Below, piece after piece: positions 10,857 through 19,199 of a stretch of 64,000 nucleotides of DNA. The stretch lies in the IMG/VR virus record IMGVR_UViG_3300042013_000103; one strand, given 5' to 3'. This DNA comes from a virus. Its lineage: Duplodnaviria; Caudoviricetes. The first letter of the stretch is position 1, and every line of letters starts with the position of its first letter. The notes below the pieces were generated by a model. The model was given only the letters and a program-made list of their open reading frames with translations, did not search any database and was not told the origin of the DNA. The position numbers and the translations under genes are program-made.

Positions 10857-11075
10857 CTATACCCCACCTTTTACTCTGGGCATGTGTCCGTCGTTGTTAT
10901 CGGGATGCATGGTAACGGTATCCAAACAATCAAACTCGATGTCAGGGTCTTCTGGTCCGGACAAATCTATCGAATGCCAATCTGACCAATTAGCCGATCT
11001 CGACATGCGTTCACCACACATCCCCAACCCAGGATTACGGTGCAATTGTTTCTTACGGGTGAGTTCATGGGACAT
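10857..11075 (-). CDS. RKK-array microprotein B (72 aa)
   Basis: Start revised to ATG 11075; MSHELTRKK...GPED...HPDNN. Confidence 0.65.
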   Translation of the reverse strand: MSHELTRKKQLHRNPGLGMCGERMSRSANWSDWHSIDLSGPEDPDIEFDCLDTVTMHPDNNDGHMPRVKGGV

Positions 11076-11106
11076 CGGTGGGCTGCCCTTCTTTCCATCC
11101 ATAACC

Positions 11107-11319
11107 TTACCTGCGGGTGATAAGACGACTTTGTCCCGTGTCCAAGGACTGGGTGTACGTTCTGTGTGCCCGACGAAAATCCGAGTTAGCCCAACCCATC
11201 TGGTCTTCCCGGGCAGTGTCGTAGAAATCACCCGTTTCCATGGCTTCCACCGAAACATGCGCGCGGCCAGGATGACGGTCCGCTTTCTTGCGCCAGAACT
11301 CTACGTCAACGCAGTTCAC
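11107..11319 (-). CDS. RKK-array microprotein A (70 aa)
   Basis: GTG start at 11319 within the 11107..11631 frame; MNCVDVEFWRKK... Confidence 0.55.
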   Translation of the reverse strand: MNCVDVEFWRKKADRHPGRAHVSVEAMETGDFYDTAREDQMGWANSDFRRAHRTYTQSLDTGQSRLITRR

Positions 11320-11476
11320 GGCGGTTCCCAGGTTTTCGCTGAGCGGTGGAGTTAGGGACCAACGCTTCTGACCGGAACACCAGTCGCGAGGAGCGTTGCA
11401 TCTCGATGTCGAGCAACCAATGAGCGTACAACATCTCATCGTCGAGACGAGGGATGGGGGCCTGCTTATTCGGCAT
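11306..11476 (-). CDS. 56-aa hypothetical protein, first ORF after early promoter
   Basis: Missing from ORF track; GAGG SD; MPNKQAPIPRLDDEMLYAHWLLDIE...; 40 nt downstream of the promoter motif. Confidence 0.6.
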   Translation of the reverse strand: MPNKQAPIPRLDDEMLYAHWLLDIEMQRSSRLVFRSEALVPNSTAQRKPGNRRELR

Positions 11477-11515
11477 AGTAAAGGTCCTCGTAAAATCGAT
11501 GGGGCTAGCATAAAG

Positions 11516-11530
11516 GTAATATAGTCTTGA
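11516..11530 (-). promoter_or_regulatory. phiKZ-type early (virion RNAP) promoter
   Basis: TCAAGACTATATTAC on the minus strand; contains the phiKZ early consensus TATATTAC; identical 15-mer at 27800. Confidence 0.8.
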
Positions 11531-11812
11531 CTTTTTCTAAAATGCGACATACTGCCTCCCAGCCGGGAGGCAGATATGCTTTTTGCCAAGACCTCTTTGC
11601 AGAGGCTATAGAACAAGGCGCCGTTGAACACCAGCGATATCTCACGACAAGGCCTTAAGGCGTTCGCTAGGTTATGGACTGGATCACCCCCTTAAAGTGC
11701 AGCGCTTAACGCAAACTGCCTCGCTCTATATAACATGATACAGCGGGTAGTTATTTACGAAATGGACAATCTTATGACCTTTCCCCATCCCCTTTAAACA
11801 GGATTGCCCGCA

Positions 11813-13912
11813 ATGTTCGATTTCTATCGGAAAAAGACGGACGTAGTACAGGCCAAGGAAAACGATACCGAAATCTTCTTGTCGGGCATCGATGGCCACG
11901 CCCTCATCCGGGACATCAACAAACACTGGAAAACCACCAAGATCACCAGCTACATGTTTAACAAGATCGAACGCACGGGGGTCAGCTTCTACAAGTTCTG
12001 GGCCGTGGAAGTGCTGTACATGGTTGCCGAAATCAAGAACTACCGCAACCGTTACACCTCGGTCCGCACCATGAATGCTATTAAGGAAGCGTTGCTCAAA
12101 GACACATGGCTGAAGTCCACGTTGCCCGAGAACACGTTGAACAAAGCAGGACGGTTGAACTTCGATAACCTCAAACGTTTGAAGTTCACGCCCGAGCCGT
12201 ACCAGATGGATTACTTCAAGGACTACGCCCACCGGTTAGACCAGTACGGGTTGAACGGGGACTTGATGGCTGCCGCCGCCGGTACCGGGAAAACTTTTTT
12301 GTCCACCGCCATTGCAGAAATGCTCGATGCCAAATATTTTGTGGTGGTAGCCCCGAAAGTAGCGATTGAGACGGTGTGGATTACATCCATCCCCGATATG
12401 TACCATAAAGAACCAACCACCTGGAACACCATCAGTGGCGACCCCTATAAAGGTGAGAGGGTATTGTTGGTACATTACGAGGCATTGGACCGTTTGTTGG
12501 AAATCACCGACCGCTTGGGGACCACAGATGTGGTGGTGTACCTGGACGAGTCGCACAACCTGAACACCCCCGACAGCTTACGGACCACGTTGTTTGCGCA
12601 AGCGTGCCGTGCGGTGAAATGCCGGAACATCCTGGAAGGGTCAGGCACGGCGTTGAAAGCGATGGGCGCGGAACTGATTCCCTTGTACCGGTTGATCGAC
12701 CCTCTGTTCACGGACAAGGTGGAATTCCGGTTCAAGAAGATCTACGGCAAAGAAGCCAAGAAAGGGTTGGACATCATTCAACACCGCTTGTCCATCTCTT
12801 CGTACAAGATCGAGAAAGCCGAACTGGCGTTGGCCCCACCGATCATGCGTGCTCACCCGATCAAAATCCCCAATGGGGACATGTTCACGTTGGACGCGAT
12901 CAAGGTCGATGCCCATAAGTTCATCAAAGAACGCTGGGTCTATTACGACAAACGCCGGAAGGCCGATGAAGCGTTCTGGGCCAGGTGCATGGACATGTTG
13001 CACAACACCCAGAAAGGCGGCACCAAGGAAGCGGAACTCAAGACCTACCTCCGGAACTTAAAGGTGGTGGTCAACGCAGGCATGGTCTGGGAAATCCCAG
13101 ATGAACTGAAAGCCTGCACCAAGTACGAGAAAGAAGTCTTTGAGAAGTGTTTGCCAGCGACGTGGGTAAAACAGTTCCGGGACGTGAAGTCCGTGATCAA
13201 GTACACCAATTTGAAGATACAGGGAGAGTGTCTTGGACGTATCCTCGGCGGTAAGAGAATTGAAGCTCACGTGGCAATGGTCCCGTTCGTGGACTGGGTT
13301 GGCATTGTGGAGTCTACGGAAAAGAAAACAATTATGTTTACTTCGTTTGTCGAAGCGCTTGAGGCAGCCGAGAGCCACACGCAGAAGTTAGGGTTTAAAC
13401 CGATCGTTGTCTATGGGAAGACTTCCAATGACTTGGCCACTAGCGTGGATCGTTTTGATACTGATGCTCAACTCAACCCCCTTATTGCTACTTTTGCCAC
13501 GTTGTCGACAGCGGTTCGCTTGACGATGGCCGACACCATGATCATGCTGAACTCCCCGTTCCGGCAATACATCATGGAGCAAGCGATTTCACGTATCTAC
13601 CGGATGGGCCAGGACTCGCAAACCTACGTGTACCAGGTCTCGCTCGACACCGGAGACAAACCGAACATCTCCACACGTTCTGCAGACATTCTGGCGTGGT
13701 CAACCGAAATGGTGGAGGCCATGCTTGGGGTAAAATCTCCATTCATCGTAGGCGAGGCTTTAGAGGCCTTTGAGCACTGCCAGTTCGATGAAGACCGTGC
13801 CTTGCACTATCAGCTGTCCAAAGCGTACGAACCGTTGGGCATTGACATTGCCCTTGAGCAATTCCTGATGCCTTCCCCTATTGCAAACAAACCAGCGTAC
13901 ATGAGCTGGTAA
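11813..13912 (+). CDS. SF2 (SNF2/DEAD-like) virion helicase, phiKZ gp203-like
   Basis: Walker A AAAGTGKT, DESH, SGT motif III, QAISRIYRMGQ motif VI; C-terminal ALE sites; start at ATG 11813. Confidence 0.9.
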   Translation: MFDFYRKKTDVVQAKENDTEIFLSGIDGHALIRDINKHWKTTKITSYMFNKIERTGVSFYKFWAVEVLYMVAEIKNYRNRYTSVRTMNAIKEALLKDTWLKSTLPENTLNKAGRLNFDNLKRLKFTPEPYQMDYFKDYAHRLDQYGLNGDLMAAAAGTGKTFLSTAIAEMLDAKYFVVVAPKVAIETVWITSIPDMYHKEPTTWNTISGDPYKGERVLLVHYEALDRLLEITDRLGTTDVVVYLDESHNLNTPDSLRTTLFAQACRAVKCRNILEGSGTALKAMGAELIPLYRLIDPLFTDKVEFRFKKIYGKEAKKGLDIIQHRLSISSYKIEKAELALAPPIMRAHPIKIPNGDMFTLDAIKVDAHKFIKERWVYYDKRRKADEAFWARCMDMLHNTQKGGTKEAELKTYLRNLKVVVNAGMVWEIPDELKACTKYEKEVFEKCLPATWVKQFRDVKSVIKYTNLKIQGECLGRILGGKRIEAHVAMVPFVDWVGIVESTEKKTIMFTSFVEALEAAESHTQKLGFKPIVVYGKTSNDLATSVDRFDTDAQLNPLIATFATLSTAVRLTMADTMIMLNSPFRQYIMEQAISRIYRMGQDSQTYVYQVSLDTGDKPNISTRSADILAWSTEMVEAMLGVKSPFIVGEALEAFEHCQFDEDRALHYQLSKAYEPLGIDIALEQFLMPSPIANKPAYMSW

Positions 13913-13927
13913 CACTGGAGTATACCC

Positions 13928-14281
13928 ATGCCCTCGGCTACTAAAACTTTCATGATCACCGAGATCAATCGGTTTCTGAACAAATTAATCGGCGCTACTC
14001 CCAAGGCGATCTACGTGACCAACACCTTGGCCGCAGGCGCGAGCGTGGTACTGGACGTTCCTGTTTTGTTGGGTTTTGTGGCGGCGAATTACCACGTCTA
14101 CACGACCTACCTGGATTTTAAGGTGGATGACCCGGATTCGGCAGCCAACCCTAAACCGGTAATTGCTTCGTACTTTGCACTGGACTATTCCATTGCAGCC
14201 GACGGCAAGGTCACCCTCACCAACCGTCACACCTCGCCAGTGGTTTACCACGGGCGGATCCAGACCCCAGTCAAGCAGTAA
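13928..14281 (+). CDS. putative virion structural protein
   Basis: 117-aa beta-rich ORF in an operon with the helicase and the 621-aa gene. Confidence 0.55.
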   Translation: MPSATKTFMITEINRFLNKLIGATPKAIYVTNTLAAGASVVLDVPVLLGFVAANYHVYTTYLDFKVDDPDSAANPKPVIASYFALDYSIAADGKVTLTNRHTSPVVYHGRIQTPVKQ

Positions 14282-14290
14282 GGAAATCCC

Positions 14291-16156
14291 ATGGTAGATA
14301 TCATCTCGGACAAAGTACCGGGATGGTACGGGGGCACCCTCGACGTAACCGTGACTTTTCCTGGCAACGTACGGAAAGCATTGGTAACCCGGGGTGAAGT
14401 TGCACCTGTACTGTCTGAAATCATCGCATACGACAAAGACCCGACCACCCAAGCACCGCGTCCATTTTTGGCCGTGACGCAAGACGGCCGGGGCAACGTG
14501 GTCTACGACGGAGGATTTCCCAAGTACTACAACGATAACGTAGTGGGCACCCCAACCACCTTTGCCCAACTGAGTGGGTCCTGTAAGTTCTTTCACAACG
14601 CCTTGAAGTTCTGTGCCAACCCGATCAAGGTAGCCCAAGGCAATAACAAAGTCCTTATTGTCGGGAACACCTTGGCCACGGAGTCGTTCAACCACAAGTT
14701 CAGCGTGGTCAACAACATCGGACCGTCTGCGCTGCAAGCACACGGTATGGCAGACGCTTGGTTACCCGCCGCGCAGATCGCGGGGTTTGTGGTCACCCAG
14801 AAAGACGCTTCGGATTTCCCGGGCGGTATCGTGGATCTCACGTTCGCGATGCTTGACCAATACTGCATGGTGGTGTTCTTGGCCTCGGTGAACTTGGCCC
14901 AAGGGACCACGCGGTTGACGCCCAGCACACCCACGGAACTGGCAACCTACCGGGCATCGGGGAACGGGATCTTTTTGATCACCGACCATTGTGGGGACGT
15001 CTACACTTCCGCGGCCGATGCGTTTGCTCGACGGAGTGTGTTTGCGGCCGATGCGATTTACATCGCAGCCCAGTACGGGACGTACTTCTCAGGGAACTAC
15101 GACCGCACCAACGTGCGCGTGGGGGACATTCGGGCAGAGAATGGGGACCATCCGTTGTTCGCCAACATTGGGGACAACGAAGAGCTCATTGGTATGGTGT
15201 CGGAGTCGATCGTGTACGTCGACGATCATGCAGCGGATGAAGTCTCGCCCCTCGCACCCATCACGTACAACCTCACCACCCCCGGGGTGAACCGTATCAA
15301 CGCCATGGTACAGCTGAATGACGGCACCATCATTTCCAGACCGATGCGGTTTGATTTGATCAACGTGTCCGACATTAAGATCCGGGATTCTCGCGTCCGG
15401 AACTTGAACGCTGGGATCACCACATCGAAGCGAGCGTTTGACCTGTCCTTGGCCTACCCCATTGCGTCACCGCCCACCCTGACGGGCAACGTGCGTAGCA
15501 ATGGGGTGTTTCAAGGCACGTTCAGCATCAGTGCTGGCGTAATGACTTACGTGCCCCGAACCGGTAACAACTCAACATTTGCGTTGAACAACACGGACAT
15601 CGTGACCTTCGAGATCCTGTTACCGTTTATCTACAACGTCAACATTACCATTACCACGGCCAACATGTCCACTTTGGTGGCTGGCTGGAAAAGCCCTGCG
15701 CAATTCAGCGGTGAATTGATCAAGACGTTTGATTACAACGGCATGTCCCGCATGGACGGGTTGAAGATGCATTGGGAGTTTGCCAACAAGCATTTCCGCA
15801 ATAAGCCATACACCTTGGGCAACGCTTGGGGCTATTGGCCTCGAATCTTGCCACGGATGCTGCGCACGCTCTCGGGAGTGTTGTCCTCCATTGACGTTTG
15901 GATTGTCACCAACGCAGCTCAATGGGCGACCACCAAACCCGCCAACCCATTCATTGGACAGACCTGCATCGTGGCCAACGACAACAGCCTGTACACGTGG
16001 TGGGACCGAGACAACAACGGACTGGTGGCGTGGTACCCCAATGCAGGCGCTTCTGACAACGCTGCAGCGGTGTTCCAAGTCGGACGAACGGCTTACAACC
16101 TGAGGGATGGATTGCCTTGGGTGATTAACTCTACCAACACCGTGCTGGCCCCGTAA
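14291..16156 (+). CDS. putative tail/baseplate-associated virion protein
   Basis: N-terminal PFLAVTQDGRGNVVYDGGFPKYYN module recalled from phiKZ-like structural proteins; N/T/G-rich beta composition. Confidence 0.55.
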   Translation: MVDIISDKVPGWYGGTLDVTVTFPGNVRKALVTRGEVAPVLSEIIAYDKDPTTQAPRPFLAVTQDGRGNVVYDGGFPKYYNDNVVGTPTTFAQLSGSCKFFHNALKFCANPIKVAQGNNKVLIVGNTLATESFNHKFSVVNNIGPSALQAHGMADAWLPAAQIAGFVVTQKDASDFPGGIVDLTFAMLDQYCMVVFLASVNLAQGTTRLTPSTPTELATYRASGNGIFLITDHCGDVYTSAADAFARRSVFAADAIYIAAQYGTYFSGNYDRTNVRVGDIRAENGDHPLFANIGDNEELIGMVSESIVYVDDHAADEVSPLAPITYNLTTPGVNRINAMVQLNDGTIISRPMRFDLINVSDIKIRDSRVRNLNAGITTSKRAFDLSLAYPIASPPTLTGNVRSNGVFQGTFSISAGVMTYVPRTGNNSTFALNNTDIVTFEILLPFIYNVNITITTANMSTLVAGWKSPAQFSGELIKTFDYNGMSRMDGLKMHWEFANKHFRNKPYTLGNAWGYWPRILPRMLRTLSGVLSSIDVWIVTNAAQWATTKPANPFIGQTCIVANDNSLYTWWDRDNNGLVAWYPNAGASDNAAAVFQVGRTAYNLRDGLPWVINSTNTVLAP

Positions 16157-16158
16157 TG

Positions 16159-16199
16159 CGGCATAAGGCCTCTCCTTGACGGGAGAGGCCTTTATGTCG
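16159..16199. terminator. bidirectional terminator between convergent genes
   Basis: AAGGCCTCTCC/GGAGAGGCCTT stem flanked by CGGCATA and TTTATGTCG. Confidence 0.85.
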
Positions 16200-16201
16200 T
16201 C

Positions 16202-16885
16202 TCAAATGGCACTGCCCCACATCCGACGTTGCTGATCTAGAAGCAAAATCGTGTTCTGGGTCAAGAGCATTCGGAAAGAAGCTTTGGACAAACTGTGGGC
16301 AACGTACTCCACTGCGTTCTGAAAGTCCATCAGGGAGTCCTCTGCGGGGGCTAGGCGATTCGACAGCTTCGCAGTCTTACCCATGGGCCCCTTTCGCTCA
16401 CGCACCGTCCAGGTCGTCTTACGGATGTCTCGCTTGGTCTCGGTCGGTTTGATCTGGCAGTAGTAATACACTCCCAGCACGTACTCGCTCAATACCCGCA
16501 CGTCTTTCAGGGACTTGTCGGTGGGGTCCAGGTGGATCGTAATGGACGCCATGAATTCTTGTTTATCGGGTCGATCGTTTATATCCCGTGCATCCGGTTC
16601 GAAGTCCAACCGCTTTATCGTGATCGTGATGCTGCCGTCTTTACGTTTGATGTCAATGCAACGCACGAAGTCAAACATATCGAAGTGGCGCTCGGTCCCG
16701 ATAATGGCGGCCTCTAATGCAGCGCGTTGTTCTGCATTGTACGTTCCCGAATGAATACTAAAAGCGGTGGCCAAATCCCCGAGGGCGGTCTGGGGATAAC
16801 TACTGGATATGAGAAGGCGTAATAGGATCTCCGGGCGGGACTTGCGACTCGGTCGGCCCGCCGTAGGACAGTAGGCTTGGGTCAT
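16202..16885 (-). CDS. hypothetical protein
   Basis: Start revised to ATG 16885 (GGTGG SD). Confidence 0.65.
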   Translation of the reverse strand: MTQAYCPTAGRPSRKSRPEILLRLLISSSYPQTALGDLATAFSIHSGTYNAEQRAALEAAIIGTERHFDMFDFVRCIDIKRKDGSITITIKRLDFEPDARDINDRPDKQEFMASITIHLDPTDKSLKDVRVLSEYVLGVYYYCQIKPTETKRDIRKTTWTVRERKGPMGKTAKLSNRLAPAEDSLMDFQNAVEYVAHSLSKASFRMLLTQNTILLLDQQRRMWGSAI

Positions 16886-16905
16886 GGTAAACCACCATGG
16901 TGAGG

Positions 16906-17337
16906 TTAAACGAGTCCGTGCTTCTTCAGCCAAGACTCACGTGTAGCCCGCGTGTCCGCTAGCGCATTATGGAGTAACTCAGATCCCTTACCCGAGAGGT
17001 CGTCATCGATTTCAAACGTCAGCGGTTGCACCATGATCCACTTGCCCATCACTTGACGCAAGGCCAAGCAATAAAAGAACACGTCGTTCGGGTGGTTGCA
17101 AATCACGTGCATGCCAGCAAACTGCTGCGTGAACTTAGCCAACCGCTCTTGAAACTCTTCGTGGGAGATTGGCTTCTTTTGCAGAATGGGGATGACGTTG
17201 GCCAAGACCCATTCGTCGGTGACTTGAGAATAGTCCAACACCTCGTAAAATTCCTTCTCGCCATCTTCCGTCACAATGGCCAGCGAAATCAAGGTGTTGC
17301 TTTTCTCCTCGAACTCAGCATCAATAAACACGTTCAT
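16906..17337 (-). CDS. DEDDh 3'-5' exo(ribo)nuclease, Rv2179c-like
   Basis: FIDAEF (Exo I), LISLAIV..G..FY, D in Exo II, HNALAD (Exo III). Confidence 0.8.
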   Translation of the reverse strand: MNVFIDAEFEEKSNTLISLAIVTEDGEKEFYEVLDYSQVTDEWVLANVIPILQKKPISHEEFQERLAKFTQQFAGMHVICNHPNDVFFYCLALRQVMGKWIMVQPLTFEIDDDLSGKGSELLHNALADTRATRESWLKKHGLV

Positions 17338-17446
17338 AAGGGGAGGAATCCTTCGTTAAAAGTTAATCATAAAGATAAAGGGCTGTGACGATATAAAAAA
17401 TAAAAGAGTACAGGCGAAGGCGTCCCTTCACCCATACCGAATCCTT

Positions 17447-17968
17447 CTAATCCATCGCTTTACGTTTCGCGAGGTCTAGGAGGTTGCGAACGATCTGGCA
17501 TCCCGCCACGAGGTTTGCTCGGGTGGTATGTAAACTGACGCCATAGTCATCTGCGGTGCGACGTGGTTGCTTACTGGACAGAATGCGATTCAGCACATAT
17601 TCGTCAATCTGTCGGTTGTCAAACACAAAGCTGGCCACGCTGTGATCCCAGCGCTGTTTTACGGTATTACTTGCGCGGATATAAAGATCAGCCAACTCAT
17701 ACGAATACCCAATACCAGCCAACCAAGACCGACGGCCTCGGGTGTAGATGATCCGCGTACGCGTATTTGATGGCACGGCAATGATGTAACCGGTGCCTGG
17801 GCACTTCCGTTCTTCAATAGGACGAATGTTCCAGTCGGCGATGTTCCGTGGGATTTCTCTCACGTCAGTTTCCTTGCCGTAGCTGCCAATGGGCAACCCT
17901 TTGGTTACTTGTTCATCTATCTCACGTGCAGTGCTAAACGTAATAACCATTATGTTTTCCCTCTCCAT
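17447..17968 (-). CDS. hypothetical protein
   Basis: 173-aa ORF. Confidence 0.65.
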   Translation of the reverse strand: MERENIMVITFSTAREIDEQVTKGLPIGSYGKETDVREIPRNIADWNIRPIEERKCPGTGYIIAVPSNTRTRIIYTRGRRSWLAGIGYSYELADLYIRASNTVKQRWDHSVASFVFDNRQIDEYVLNRILSSKQPRRTADDYGVSLHTTRANLVAGCQIVRNLLDLAKRKAMD

Positions 17969-18046
17969 GAGGTTTTATTCTACTGACGGCCAAGCACCCC
18001 GACCTTCACAACATAAGGCAACATGGTCAAAAAAAGAAGGCAGAAA

Positions 18047-18066
18047 GCCTCTCCCGAAGGAGAGGC
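18047..18066 (-). terminator. intrinsic terminator (UUCG loop)
   Basis: GCCTCTCC-TTCG-GGAGAGGC followed by a T-rich tail. Confidence 0.8.
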
Positions 18067-18072
18067 GATCGC

Positions 18073-18414
18073 TTAGACTTCGTTCAGGTACCCGGCCAGT
18101 GCATCGAACCAAAGTTGCAACAGCAGACCCCAGTCGATCACTTCGTCAGCGTCAGGTCGCGTTTGGATCTGGAAGTTATTTTCCACAGTGCCAAACTCCA
18201 GGATGAAGTCGCCCTGTTCCAAGTTAAACACAAGGGTGGTGGTGTATTCCCCAACGGACAACCGGAGGGTGTTTGCACCATGTTGATAACACAGCGGAGC
18301 ACCAGCGCTGATGACGGTGGTTAACCCATCGAGCCGTTGGAGCGACGTTTCAAACATCGAAATAGCCAACATCGCCCGGATTTTGTCGACCGAAGATTTG
18401 TATTCCTGAAGCAT
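18073..18414 (-). CDS. hypothetical protein
   Basis: Start revised to ATG 18414 (AGGA SD). Confidence 0.65.
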   Translation of the reverse strand: MLQEYKSSVDKIRAMLAISMFETSLQRLDGLTTVISAGAPLCYQHGANTLRLSVGEYTTTLVFNLEQGDFILEFGTVENNFQIQTRPDADEVIDWGLLLQLWFDALAGYLNEV

Positions 18415-18433
18415 TGGTAGCGTCCTATTAGGA

Positions 18434-18631
18434 TTAATCGTTGAATTCCGTGATCGCCAATTCGTAGTCGCCGAGGATGACGTAACGAAAACCAAACCGA
18501 GCGGGATTGCCTCGGATGTAATCGCGGCATTGCGCGGCTTTGGCAGCACTGATACGGAAGTTGTCGGTGTGTACTTTTCCGTTGTACTCGGCGTAATGCC
18601 CGAAGGCGGAGGCGATGGGTAAGTGGCCTAT
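18434..18631 (-). CDS. hidden 65-codon ORF with no canonical start (ATA start or -1 frameshift extension)
   Basis: Strong C/G third-position bias; IGHLPIASAFGHYAEYNGKV...RYVILGDY; ATA overlaps the upstream TAG (ATAG). Confidence 0.55.
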   Translation of the reverse strand: MGHLPIASAFGHYAEYNGKVHTDNFRISAAKAAQCRDYIRGNPARFGFRYVILGDYELAITEFND

Positions 18632-19134
18632 TGGACGATGTTGCTGTCCACCAACCCGAGGGTACGGTGGTCCAAAATGACGTACGATGCGGGACGGCGA
18701 TCAGGGTGTTTAAGGCTTTCCATCAACAACGTCAACAACTTCATGGGGTCCACGATGAATTGCTCAGTGGCCTGGGTCTGGGTGTACAGTTCAAACTCCG
18801 CGGTGAGGCGGTTGTACACGTAGTAGTCGCCGTTCTCCAAGTACCCCACGGCACGTTTCAGGACGTTAGGTGTAACGGGCAATGTTGCCAGTTGATCAGG
18901 CTTGGCCAACCGGTAATGCCTTACCCCGGCTTCGTCCATCGTGATCACGTAGTACTTGACCACCACCCCGGGTAAGGCCGCCAACAACTCACGCGCCGTC
19001 TGTAGGTCCAGTTTGGTCAAAACGAAGTCGTAGAAACTACCTTCGGCAAACGGAATGAAGGCATTGACCTTACCCGAATAACGCCGGGAAGTGCCAAGGT
19101 CATCGGTGTAACCAATCGAAACAATACGAGTCAT
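18628..19134 (-). CDS. hypothetical protein with two weak internal repeats
   Basis: 168 aa; IGY..YYVI and VGY..SYVI units. Confidence 0.7.
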   Translation of the reverse strand: MTRIVSIGYTDDLGTSRRYSGKVNAFIPFAEGSFYDFVLTKLDLQTARELLAALPGVVVKYYVITMDEAGVRHYRLAKPDQLATLPVTPNVLKRAVGYLENGDYYVYNRLTAEFELYTQTQATEQFIVDPMKLLTLLMESLKHPDRRPASYVILDHRTLGLVDSNIVQ

Positions 19135-19152
19135 TAGATATTCCTTTTATGT

Positions 19153-19196
19153 CATAAACCCTCCCCTGGCGTGAACCAAGAGAGGGGGTGTTTATG
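19153..19196 (-). terminator. imperfect hairpin terminator
   Basis: CATAAACCCTCCCC...GAGGGGGTGTTTATG. Confidence 0.55.
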
Positions 19197-19199
19197 GGG

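Noticed and set aside
9617-11319. RKK array interpreted as a DNA-level repeat or CRISPR-like locus
   Set aside because: The conserved positions vary synonymously (CGN AAR AAR), and no longer nucleotide identity or palindrome is visible between units
11320-11631. N-terminal part of the 174-aa ORF 11107..11631
   Set aside because: It spans the early promoter and overlaps a better ORF (11306..11476); only the last 70 codons fit the RKK array
11813-11836. MFDFYRKK at the helicase N-terminus as a ninth RKK unit
   Set aside because: Opposite strand, different operon, none of the downstream array motifs; probably coincidental, though worth rechecking if RKK proves to be a targeting tag
18415-18627. 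TAG readthrough fusing 18628..19134 to 18073..18414 (same frame)
   Set aside because: The in-frame linker is S/T/P-rich shadow sequence, while the -1 frame shows the coding bias
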